From an uncultured Bacillota bacterium (GTDB lineage: Bacteria > Bacillota_I > Bacilli_A > RFN20 > CAG-288): DNA of 64,000 nt. Positions 1 through 7,399 of the stretch are shown piece after piece (the stretch's first letter is position 1; every line of letters begins with the position of its first letter). The position numbers and the translations under genes are program-made. Below the pieces are notes generated by a model. The model did no database searches and had not been told where the DNA came from. It saw only the letters and a program-made list of their open reading frames with translations. Where the stretch lies: the NCBI GenBank assembly GCA_949282275.1, contig CASDOO010000035.1, forward strand, positions 13,625 through 77,624, written 5' to 3'.

Positions 1-19
1 AGTTTGATGCCATTTAGTC

Positions 20-131
20 GGGGAATTGCGTATTATTTCTATTTTTCTATATTGAGAAATCAGTAAATTTCTGAGTATTTAGTATGGGGAAATGAGTAGT
101 TTTGGTATTTACGTTGATGGGGATTTGAGTT
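20..131 (+). repeat. Three direct copies of a 13-nt motif GGGGAWWTGMGTW in the AT-rich leader upstream of the ATPase gene
   Basis: Read directly: ggggaattgcgta (20-32), ggggaaatgagta (86-98), ggggatttgagtt (119-131). Confidence 0.4.
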
Positions 132-157
132 ATCATAAGAACATGAGGTGATATTTT

Positions 158-1495
158 ATGAAAAGGGTATTTAAGAGAAAAATATATGACGAAATGCTGG
201 AATGGAAAGAAAATCTGAGCGATAAATATGCCTTATTGATCAAGGGGGCAAGACGCATTGGAAAAAGTACCATTGCCGAGGAATTCGCGAAAAAGGAATT
301 CAAATCCTATGTCCTAATTGATTTTGCACATACGAATAGAGACATCATCGATTTGTTTGATGACATGTATGATCTTGATTTTTTCTTTTTGCGGCTTCAA
401 CAGTTTACGGGCGTTCGTCTGTATGACAAGGAATCTGTCATCATCTTTGATGAAGTCCAGCTTCTACCGAAAGCAAGACAGGCAATTAAGTATCTTGTTG
501 CGGATGGGAGGTACAAGTACATCGAGACAGGATCGTTGCTTTCCATAAAGAAAAATACGAAAGAAATTTTGATTCCCAGCGAAGAACACAAAATAGCCAT
601 GTATCCAATGGATTTCGAAGAATTTCTATGGGCAATCGGAGACAATCTGACGGCGGATACGATTAGACATCTTATGAAGGAAAGGAAACCTGCCGGCAAT
701 TCATTACACAGAAACCTAATGCGTATCTTTAGGCTCTATATGCTTATTGGCGGAATGCCGCAGGCCATAGAATCCTATATTGAAAGCAATAATCTGCAAA
801 TCGTGGATAAGGCAAAAAGAGAAATCATTGATCTATACGAAGAGGATTTCGTCAAAATCGACGGTACAGGCCTTGCTAGCGACATTTATGATTCCATACC
901 GGCAAGCCTGAGCAAAAACACAGCGAGGTATGTGCTGGCAACGGCAAGGGATGGATTGCGGTCTAGTCGAGTTTGCAAATTGATTCCGGATATGCTCAGT
1001 TCTTATACTGTCTGTATTGCCTATCATGCAAACAATCCCAATGTAGGCATGGCTTTGGAAAAGGATATCGATCGTTATAAGCTATTCCTTTCGGATGTTG
1101 GATTGTTTATCACATTGGCATTCAAAGACAAGAAATTCACCGATAATGTGATTTACAACAAGCTTTTATCCAATAAACTGGACGCGAATTTGGGCTATAT
1201 ATATGAAAATGCCGTAGCGCAAATGCTATTGGCAAAAGGATACAATCTTTTTTACTATACGATGAAAGTCGAGAAATCGAATCATTTACACGAAATCGAT
1301 TTTCTGATTACGATAGGCAATAAAATATGCCCGATAGAGGTTAAATCCGGAAATTATCAATCCCATAAATCGCTGGATTTGTTCTGTGACAAGTTTAGCA
1401 AGAGGATCCAAGAAAAATACGTCATCCATACGAAAGACTACAAATCTGAAAACGGAATCCGTTATCTTCCAATCTATATGGTTCCGTTTCTATGA
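158..1495 (+). CDS. AAA+ ATPase with a C-terminal PD-(D/E)xK-like (DUF4143-type) domain
   Basis: 445-aa ORF. Walker A-like 'GARRIGKST' and Walker B-like 'VIIFDEVQ'. C-terminal 'HEIDFLI...PIEVKSG' fits a D..ExK nuclease-fold motif. RBS 'gaggtga' lies upstream of ATG 158. Confidence 0.85.
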   Translation: MKRVFKRKIYDEMLEWKENLSDKYALLIKGARRIGKSTIAEEFAKKEFKSYVLIDFAHTNRDIIDLFDDMYDLDFFFLRLQQFTGVRLYDKESVIIFDEVQLLPKARQAIKYLVADGRYKYIETGSLLSIKKNTKEILIPSEEHKIAMYPMDFEEFLWAIGDNLTADTIRHLMKERKPAGNSLHRNLMRIFRLYMLIGGMPQAIESYIESNNLQIVDKAKREIIDLYEEDFVKIDGTGLASDIYDSIPASLSKNTARYVLATARDGLRSSRVCKLIPDMLSSYTVCIAYHANNPNVGMALEKDIDRYKLFLSDVGLFITLAFKDKKFTDNVIYNKLLSNKLDANLGYIYENAVAQMLLAKGYNLFYYTMKVEKSNHLHEIDFLITIGNKICPIEVKSGNYQSHKSLDLFCDKFSKRIQEKYVIHTKDYKSENGIRYLPIYMVPFL

Positions 1496-1546
1496 TAACT
1501 AGCGTTTGCGAAAGACACCTGGCTTTGTAAGAAAAAGGAATCCTTC

Positions 1547-3160
1547 CTATCGTTCTTCTTTTTTCTCAAGCCACATCTTCTTGAGCCTGTTTCGATCGAT
1601 CTTGCCGATGTCGGTCCGCGGAAGCTCCTTTAGGAAGACAATCTTTTCCGGGACGGAGTAGCGGATGAGCCTGTCGGAGAGATAGCGGCGCAGGTTCTTG
1701 GCCAGTTCCAGTTCGTCCTTTCCTTCCTTGGCCAGGCAATAGAGGACCATGTAGGGATGCGTCGGACTTTCGATGAAGATGGCGGCGCAGGAGAGGATGT
1801 CCTTGTGGCTGTTTGCGACCTGTTCGATCTCGCTTGGGAAGACGTTGTAGCCGGCAATTTTGTAGACGTCCCTTTCCCTGCTCTTGAAGAAAAGGAAGCC
1901 ATCCTCGTCATAGTAGCCGACATCGCCCGTGACAAGCCATTTCGTGCCATCCTTGTCGTAATGGAAAGGCTGTTTGTCCTTCGGCGTGTTGAGATAGCCA
2001 AGGCATACGGATGGCGAGGAAATCATGATGGTTCCGATCTTGTTCGGTCCGAGGTCGCTGTCGAGATCCTCTCTTTTCGCAATGCGGAGTCTTACGCCAT
2101 CGAGGGCCTTTCCGACGGAGCCTTTCCTGTTTTCCCTGAGCGTGTTGACGAAGTTGACTGTGATCGTCTCCGTCAGGCCATAGCCTTCCAGAAGGCGGTT
2201 GGCGCTTCCTTCCTTCTTCATTCTTTCGTCGAAGCTGTCGAAGAGCCTTTCCTCCGGCTTGTCGGCGCCGATGAAGGTGGAGAGGAGGTTTCTGAGCTTC
2301 TTTCCGGAGAAGCCCTTCGTCTTCATCAGCTTGTCGACCATGTAGGGGATGGTCAGAAGGACGTTGAGCCTGTTTTGCTTTATCTTGCGGACGATTTCCT
2401 TTCCCGAATAGCTGATCATGAGGGCGGAGGCGGCTTCGTTTGCAAGCGGGGCATGGATTCCCATCGCAAGGCCGAAGCCATGGAAGATGGGAAGGACGCC
2501 GATCATGGAATGGCCCTTGCAGGGGAAGCAGAGGATCTTCTCGCTTTGGTCGGTGACGAAGTTGATGCCATGCTCGGTGCAGAGGACCGTCTTGCTCTTG
2601 CCCGTCGTTCCGCCGGAGCGGAGAAGGAGGCTTCCCCTGTCGGCCTCCTCGTTGACGGGAAAGTCTTTCTTTCCATCGTAAAGACGATGGAGGTAACGGG
2701 ACTTGTCGACCTTCTTCAGTTCCTTGCGGTAGAGGACCTTGAAGCCTTGCTTGACGATGGGGTTGAGGTCGGGATAGGCGCTCAGGAAATAGGTATGCTC
2801 GGGAAGGTCTTCGATGTCGGCATAGTTTCCATAGAGGACATCGAGGATGAGAAGATAGGTGCTCTTTGTTTCCTTGAGCGATTCCCTGAGGATCTCCCGC
2901 GGAAGGAGGGGATGAAGAAGGCTCATCGTCGCGCCGATCTTGCTTAAGGCATAGAGGACGATGATGGACTCCGGGACATTGGGGGCAAGAAGGGAGACGA
3001 CGGTATCCTTCCTTATGCCAAGGCCATAGAGAGTATCGGCCATCCTGTCGATACGGGAAAGGAAGGTCCTAAAGGACATCTTTCCTTCCCGGAAGTAGAG
3101 GGCCGTTTCCTTGGAATCAGAGTACTTTGCGATCGAGAGATAAAGCGTGTCTTTGTTCAT
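1547..3160 (-). CDS. AMP-dependent synthetase/ligase (acyl-CoA or acyl-AMP ligase family)
   Basis: 537-aa frame from ATG 3160 (MNKDTLYL...). Adenylate-forming motifs 'LLRSGGTTGKSK', 'GYGLTE', 'GDVGYYDEDGFLFFKSR' and C-terminal 'PRTDIGKIDR'. The 108-codon extension in the ORF track is Arg/His/Pro-rich and overlaps the upstream gene. Confidence 0.85.
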   Translation of the reverse strand: MNKDTLYLSIAKYSDSKETALYFREGKMSFRTFLSRIDRMADTLYGLGIRKDTVVSLLAPNVPESIIVLYALSKIGATMSLLHPLLPREILRESLKETKSTYLLILDVLYGNYADIEDLPEHTYFLSAYPDLNPIVKQGFKVLYRKELKKVDKSRYLHRLYDGKKDFPVNEEADRGSLLLRSGGTTGKSKTVLCTEHGINFVTDQSEKILCFPCKGHSMIGVLPIFHGFGLAMGIHAPLANEAASALMISYSGKEIVRKIKQNRLNVLLTIPYMVDKLMKTKGFSGKKLRNLLSTFIGADKPEERLFDSFDERMKKEGSANRLLEGYGLTETITVNFVNTLRENRKGSVGKALDGVRLRIAKREDLDSDLGPNKIGTIMISSPSVCLGYLNTPKDKQPFHYDKDGTKWLVTGDVGYYDEDGFLFFKSRERDVYKIAGYNVFPSEIEQVANSHKDILSCAAIFIESPTHPYMVLYCLAKEGKDELELAKNLRRYLSDRLIRYSVPEKIVFLKELPRTDIGKIDRNRLKKMWLEKKEER

Positions 3161-4068
3161 AGATGGAATCCCATGGAGGAGAGGACAAGATAGAGGATGA
3201 CGATGGCGATGGGCTGGTGAAGGAGATAGACCCAGATGGTATGGCCGCCAAGGAAGAGAAGCGGCTTGAAGACGGGCTTTCCAAGGAAGGGGACACGGCT
3301 CTCCTTCCTTTCGCCATAGACGCCCTTTCCGAAGGCCATGCCGATGAAGATGACGCCAAGATAGGGGAAGATTGGCCACCAGTCGACGGTGTTTCCGTAA
3401 TAGCCAAGGGCAGAAAGGACAAAGCCGAAGGGATCTTTCTTCTGCCAGTCGACGATCGTGCCGCGGAGATATTCCACAGGCCATGCCTCGCCGATGAAGC
3501 CGGCTCTCAGAAGCAGGCCGAAGATATAGACAAGGATACCAACGCCAAGGCAGAAGAGAGGCGAGACTTCCTTATGTAGGACTTTCCTCGAGAAAAGCTC
3601 GATCAGGGCATAGAGAAGGACGGAAAAGCCCATGATATGGAGGATGCCCCAGCCGATGAAGAGATTTATCTTGAGATAATAGGAAAGAAGGAAGGAACCC
3701 AGGGAAAGAAGGATGGCCCAGAGACAGAGAACCAAGGCTCTCTTGAGATTGTTCCTCGAAAGGGCCGTCGAGACACCGCAGGCAAAAAGGAACATGCCGG
3801 CAAAGAGCGGAACAAGCCATGTCGAGATGATGTCGCTCGAGAGGATGCCTTGGCAGTATTCGACAAGATATTTCAGGTTGGGGTATTCGTCGATGAACAT
3901 ATCGTAGTTGGCAATGAGGGAAGGAAGCTCGGCCATGTCGAAGCAGAGATGGTAGAGGACGACAAGGAAGATAGGAAGGGCACGGAGCAGGTCGACTTCA
4001 TAGATTCTCGTCCTCTTCTTCGGAATGTCGATGAAGACATTCTCAGTATATGCGGGCACAGTTTTCAT
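3157..4068 (-). CDS. Multi-pass membrane acyltransferase-like protein (DUF1624 / heparan-alpha-glucosaminide N-acetyltransferase-like)
   Basis: 303 aa with about eight hydrophobic segments and an N-terminal 'LLRALPIFLVVLYHLCFD' motif typical of this family. Its stop overlaps the ligase start (ATGA at 3157-3160). Confidence 0.7.
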   Translation of the reverse strand: MKTVPAYTENVFIDIPKKRTRIYEVDLLRALPIFLVVLYHLCFDMAELPSLIANYDMFIDEYPNLKYLVEYCQGILSSDIISTWLVPLFAGMFLFACGVSTALSRNNLKRALVLCLWAILLSLGSFLLSYYLKINLFIGWGILHIMGFSVLLYALIELFSRKVLHKEVSPLFCLGVGILVYIFGLLLRAGFIGEAWPVEYLRGTIVDWQKKDPFGFVLSALGYYGNTVDWWPIFPYLGVIFIGMAFGKGVYGERKESRVPFLGKPVFKPLLFLGGHTIWVYLLHQPIAIVILYLVLSSMGFHL

Positions 4069-4074
4069 GCGGAC

Positions 4075-4103
4075 ATTATACTACGTAGGAAAAGGCATGC
4101 CGA
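4075..4103 (-). promoter_or_regulatory. Candidate sigma-A promoter giving a leaderless transcript for the acyltransferase-ligase pair
   Basis: On the minus strand a perfect TATAAT (4080-4075) ends 6 nt before the ATG at 4068. The -35-like TCGGCA sits 17 nt upstream. There is no Shine-Dalgarno between them. Confidence 0.35.
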
Positions 4104-4324
4104 AGGGGAAATGAGGAATGGGAAGGGACAATAGAAAGACACCTATTGGGGTTTCTTGAATTTAAGATGTCAACGAATGACTTCATATGTCGGATGTCCT
4201 TGACAAGTGGCAAGCGGGGGGAAAAGATACCTGTAAATTATCGAAAAACCTTTTCATAAGTAAATAAGCTATTTTTCGTATTTGTACTTTGTGATGCCAG
4301 AATTTGTTTTTAAAAGTAATGAAT

Positions 4325-4439
4325 CCAACGACAAAATCCATCGGCTCCAAAGAGATTCGGCTTACACGTAGGGGCAGGAAAAATCTTCCCATGAAAGGGG
4401 ATGGAAAGCCTGATGGCTTGTCGTTGGGTTTGTTTTTTT
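4325..4439 (+). ncRNA. Candidate structured RNA element of unknown class, with nested helices ending in a U-tract
   Basis: Perfect 10-bp long-range helix ccaacgacaa (4325-4334) / ttgtcgttgg (4418-4427). It encloses a second helix ccatcggct (4338-4346) / agcc-t-gatgg (4407-4416) and small internal hairpins. It is followed by gtttgttttttt (4428-4439). Confidence 0.25.
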
Positions 4440-4577
4440 CGTCCTTTCTACCAAATAAGTAGTGAAGCATGGCAACGTGCTTCTGAAGGGACTCGGCGCC
4501 GGTTCTGCCTCTTTTCATTTCTTGCTTTGTTTCCGTCTTCCGCCGACAGGGACACTGTCGGAGAAAGGAGGTGAGTC

Positions 4578-4676
4578 ATGGGAATATTCGATGTTCTCGG
4601 ACTTCTTTTTCTTTATCTCATCCTCAAGCTCTTCGACAAAAAGGGAAAAAAGAAAAAGAACCGTGATGATCACTGA
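4578..4676 (+). CDS. Small hydrophobic peptide with a Lys-rich tail (type I toxin-like), 32 aa
   Basis: Below the ORF-track cutoff. Hand translation of atg gga ata ttc ... cac tga gives MGIFDVLGLLFLYLILKLFDKKGKKKKNRDDH. Near-perfect RBS aaaggagg with a 6-nt spacer. A 7-bp hairpin (4543-4561) abuts the RBS. Confidence 0.45.
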   Translation: MGIFDVLGLLFLYLILKLFDKKGKKKKNRDDH

Positions 4677-4722
4677 CTGGCCAGTTAGCTGATCATGAGG
4701 CAGAGCCTCCGCCGGTTCCTTT
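4641..4722 (-). ncRNA. Candidate antisense sRNA (type I antitoxin-like) overlapping the 3' end of the small peptide ORF
   Basis: Deduced from the minus-strand promoter at 4729-4757. A 12-bp hairpin (4667-4695) is followed on the minus strand by tcacgg then ttctttttcttttttcccttttt. The 6-nt gap before the U-run weakens the terminator call. Confidence 0.3.
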
Positions 4723-4728
4723 AATGAA

Positions 4729-4757
4729 ATTATAGGGAGAGGGGACAAGGATTTCAA
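4729..4757 (-). promoter_or_regulatory. Near-consensus sigma-A promoter on the minus strand, facing the small peptide ORF
   Basis: Minus-strand reading is TTGAAA, then a 17-nt spacer (tccttgtcccctctccc), then TATAAT. No protein-coding ORF with an RBS lies downstream of it. Confidence 0.5.
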
Positions 4758-5135
4758 GGTTCACAAGTGTACAGGCTTGCCTCTTTGAATGGTCAATAAA
4801 GTACTAAGAACAAAGGCTTTATGGATATTCTTTCGTATCTTTTTCCCAACATATCCATACAGGAGAGCCTCGATGGTCTTAGACACGTTTTATATCGTTG
4901 GCAATCATGCCAAAGAGTCTCGAGGTTTCTTTCTTCTTGTATGGGAAAAGGACAAGAATGAGACCTGGAAAAGGCTCTGTTGCCCTTTTGTGGCAGGAAA
5001 GTTTCCTTTCTTCTGCCGTGGGAGACAAAAAGAGGCAGAAAATATGAAGGCAACTTATCGCATAGCTATCTCGTCAATAAAGTTGGTTCTTGAAAAAGAG
5101 ATTGCTCTCTCATGTAAATCATCGGGCTTTTAATG

Positions 5136-5164
5136 TTGTAAAGGTCATTTGGCCGAACTATAAT
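5136..5164 (+). promoter_or_regulatory. Sigma-A promoter of the three-gene SMC-like operon
   Basis: TTGTAA (5136-5141), a 17-nt spacer, then TATAAT (5159-5164). The predicted TSS is about 5170-5172. Confidence 0.55.
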
Positions 5165-5168
5165 TTTA

Positions 5169-6668
5169 TTGAACTTATGTGGAAAGGCGGTAAACGTTTT
5201 GGCAAGACTCTTTGATAGGATTCCAGGGGATCTCTTCTCCCCGCTGTCGCGAAAATACAAGGCGATATACGCATTTGCCCTCGTCTGCCTCTATCGTTGT
5301 CTTCGTTTGTACAAAACGGATATCAAGAGAAGCGACTATGTTTCCCTGCTGAAGAGCCAGGGACAGGAGCTTCTCGATCTCTTTTCGGTCGAGATGGACC
5401 AACTGGATGACAAGAGCGATGAGGAAAAGGTCGCTCCCGACAAGAATGCCGAGGATGATTTCTCTTCGAAGATTTCCTATGTCGTCCGCAAGCTTTCCAC
5501 CTGCGGATGGTTCATCCTGAGCAAGAATCCCAAGAACGGCGTCGAATATATCTATATTCCGGCCTATTCCATCCAGCTTCTCAAGCTTATCAATGACCTG
5601 ACGACGGATGTCGGCACCTATCTCCCTCTTGTCCACCAGACCTATGCCGAGCTGAAGATGGAAGACGACAAGGAAGACGACTACATGTATCGCTCCCTGC
5701 TCAACGCAAGAAGCAATGCCGACTCCATCGAGATGTCCGTCACCTTGCTCAAGCAGCAGATCTGCGTCTTCGGAAACCGCCTGACTTCCGTCCTCGACCC
5801 CAACATCGCCCTCAAGCAGCATTTCGACGAATATCGTACATCGATTTCGGACAAGTACTATCATCCGATGAAGACGTTCGACTCCCTGGGCCTCTATTCC
5901 CAGCCGACGATCGCCATCCTCAACCGCTGGCTCAAGAGCGAACGCATCATCACCCTCATGGTAAGGGAAGCCAAGGGCGAGCCGGTCAACCGCAACAGGG
6001 ACGAATCGAGCATTGCCAAGGACATCATCAAGACCATCAACGAGATCATCGACATCTTCTCCAGGCTGACGGCATCCTTCAACGACATCGACAGGGCCAA
6101 TGCCAACTATACCGAGGCGGTCCAGAAGAAGGTCAACTATCTCTCCGCCACCGACAAGACCATCAAGGGCAAGATCGACAGGATCATCCTTGCCATGGCA
6201 AGCGAGATCAAGAACAATCCCGCCCTCCGCTATGAGGAGCTTCCTATCTGCGAGAAGGCCAGGAACACCCTCAATCTCATCCGCCAGGGCTATCTCGACA
6301 GCCGTTCCCTGACGATGCCCTTCAAGAGGGGGACGATCGAGGAAGGCGAACCGCTTCCGATGGACGACGATTTCTATCCCGACGAGCAGTTCGGACTCTT
6401 CAGCCAGAGACTGGACGAGGAGCTCAACCGTTTCTCCGATTCGGCCATCCTCGAATTCATCGATGCCCTGATGGCAGGCAAGGACGAGATGACGACCTAT
6501 GACATTCCGATAGCCGATGCCGACCAGCTGGTCCTGATGATCCTCGCCATCCTCAAGTGCAAGCTCAACCTCATCCCCTATACGGCCGAGAAAATCGAGG
6601 ACAGGGTCGACTATGCCGGATACTATATGCCCCTATACAAGTTCACCAGGAAGAAGAGAGCGAGGTAG
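5169..6668 (+). CDS. JetA/MksF-like (kleisin-position) protein, first gene of the SMC-like operon
   Basis: Maximal ORF of 499 aa starts at TTG 5169. Because the predicted TSS is about 5171, the in-frame TTG at 5199, preceded by ggaaaggcgg, is the more likely start (489 aa). The sequence is helical with no enzymatic motif visible by eye. The function call rests on size and position upstream of JetB/JetC-like genes. Confidence 0.6.
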   Translation: MNLCGKAVNVLARLFDRIPGDLFSPLSRKYKAIYAFALVCLYRCLRLYKTDIKRSDYVSLLKSQGQELLDLFSVEMDQLDDKSDEEKVAPDKNAEDDFSSKISYVVRKLSTCGWFILSKNPKNGVEYIYIPAYSIQLLKLINDLTTDVGTYLPLVHQTYAELKMEDDKEDDYMYRSLLNARSNADSIEMSVTLLKQQICVFGNRLTSVLDPNIALKQHFDEYRTSISDKYYHPMKTFDSLGLYSQPTIAILNRWLKSERIITLMVREAKGEPVNRNRDESSIAKDIIKTINEIIDIFSRLTASFNDIDRANANYTEAVQKKVNYLSATDKTIKGKIDRIILAMASEIKNNPALRYEELPICEKARNTLNLIRQGYLDSRSLTMPFKRGTIEEGEPLPMDDDFYPDEQFGLFSQRLDEELNRFSDSAILEFIDALMAGKDEMTTYDIPIADADQLVLMILAILKCKLNLIPYTAEKIEDRVDYAGYYMPLYKFTRKKRAR

Positions 6669-6673
6669 ACAAC

Positions 6674-7396
6674 ATGTTCACAGAAGATTATGAAAAACTG
6701 ACGCGCGGCGAGAGGACACTCTTCTCGGAAGCCCTCAACGATCTCCTCTACCAGTGCTTCATCGTCCGCAAGAGCTACGACAGGAAGAGCCGCATGTTCA
6801 AGGCCGATCCCGACTATCTCTTCATCGAGAGGCACTATTCCATGTTCGAGGACTATCTCTCCTACATGGACATGGACCTGAACAAGTCGGACGAGGACGG
6901 CATCATCTACATCACCTCCGGCGCGGAGAAGAACCACCTCCGCATCGATACCGTCACGACCCTCATCGTCTATGCCCTGCGCTCCTACTATGAGGACCAG
7001 ATCGGAAAGGCCCCGGAGGAGACGGAAGTCCTGATGACCTATGGAAGCCTCAACAGCCTCCTTCAGGAGACCGGCCTTTCCAACCTCACCAAGAGGCTTT
7101 CCTCCTCGACGATCGCCTCTTCCCTGCGTACCTTGGATTCCTACAACGTCATCACCAGGGCAAACGGCACCTATGGCGAGCCTTCCTATAGCTTCTTCAT
7201 CCTTCCGACCATCAAGTTCGTCATCTCCGCCGAGAAGATGAATGCCCTCTATGGCTTCTTGACGAAGCCCGAGGAACCGACGATGGATGGCCAGCTTTCC
7301 AACGCCTTCGATGCCGCCGTTTCCAAGCCCGAGGAAAAGGCAAGCGAGGAAACGCCGCTGAGGACGGGCGTCGACATTCCCGTCAAGGAGGACTAA
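6674..7396 (+). CDS. JetB/MksE-like small subunit (240 aa) with an acidic C-terminal tail
   Basis: ATG 6674 (MFTEDYEKL...) is preceded by gagg with a 6-nt spacer, 5 nt after the upstream stop. Size, winged-helix-like segment ('IASSLRTLDSYNVITRANG') and acidic tail fit MukE/MksE/JetB-type proteins. The longer track ORF from 6557 overlaps gene 1. Confidence 0.6.
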   Translation: MFTEDYEKLTRGERTLFSEALNDLLYQCFIVRKSYDRKSRMFKADPDYLFIERHYSMFEDYLSYMDMDLNKSDEDGIIYITSGAEKNHLRIDTVTTLIVYALRSYYEDQIGKAPEETEVLMTYGSLNSLLQETGLSNLTKRLSSSTIASSLRTLDSYNVITRANGTYGEPSYSFFILPTIKFVISAEKMNALYGFLTKPEEPTMDGQLSNAFDAAVSKPEEKASEETPLRTGVDIPVKED

Positions 7397-7399
7397 GAC

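Noticed and set aside
3161-3484. 108-codon N-terminal extension of the ligase ORF (track ORF 1547..3484)
   Set aside because: The extension is Arg/His/Pro/Leu-rich and overlaps the acyltransferase gene in another frame. The ATG at 3160 sits in an ATGA coupling overlap and begins a normal AMP-ligase N-terminus.
4183-4518. 111-aa minus-strand ORF
   Set aside because: It has no RBS and runs through the structured-RNA candidate and AT-rich sequence. Its composition is not protein-like.
4667-4724. The hairpin after the small peptide ORF as a plus-strand terminator
   Set aside because: On the plus strand the stem is not followed by a T-run, only by a weak second hairpin and then ccttt. The U-rich tract lies on the minus-strand side, so I assign the hairpin mainly to the antisense transcript, with low confidence.
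4789-5133. 114-aa plus-strand ORF (and the 86-aa minus-strand ORF at 4793-5053) in the AT-rich gap before the SMC operon
   Set aside because: Neither has an RBS, and both show odd composition (Phe/Arg/Cys-rich). They overlap each other. The region looks non-coding or decayed, though I cannot exclude a degraded gene fragment.
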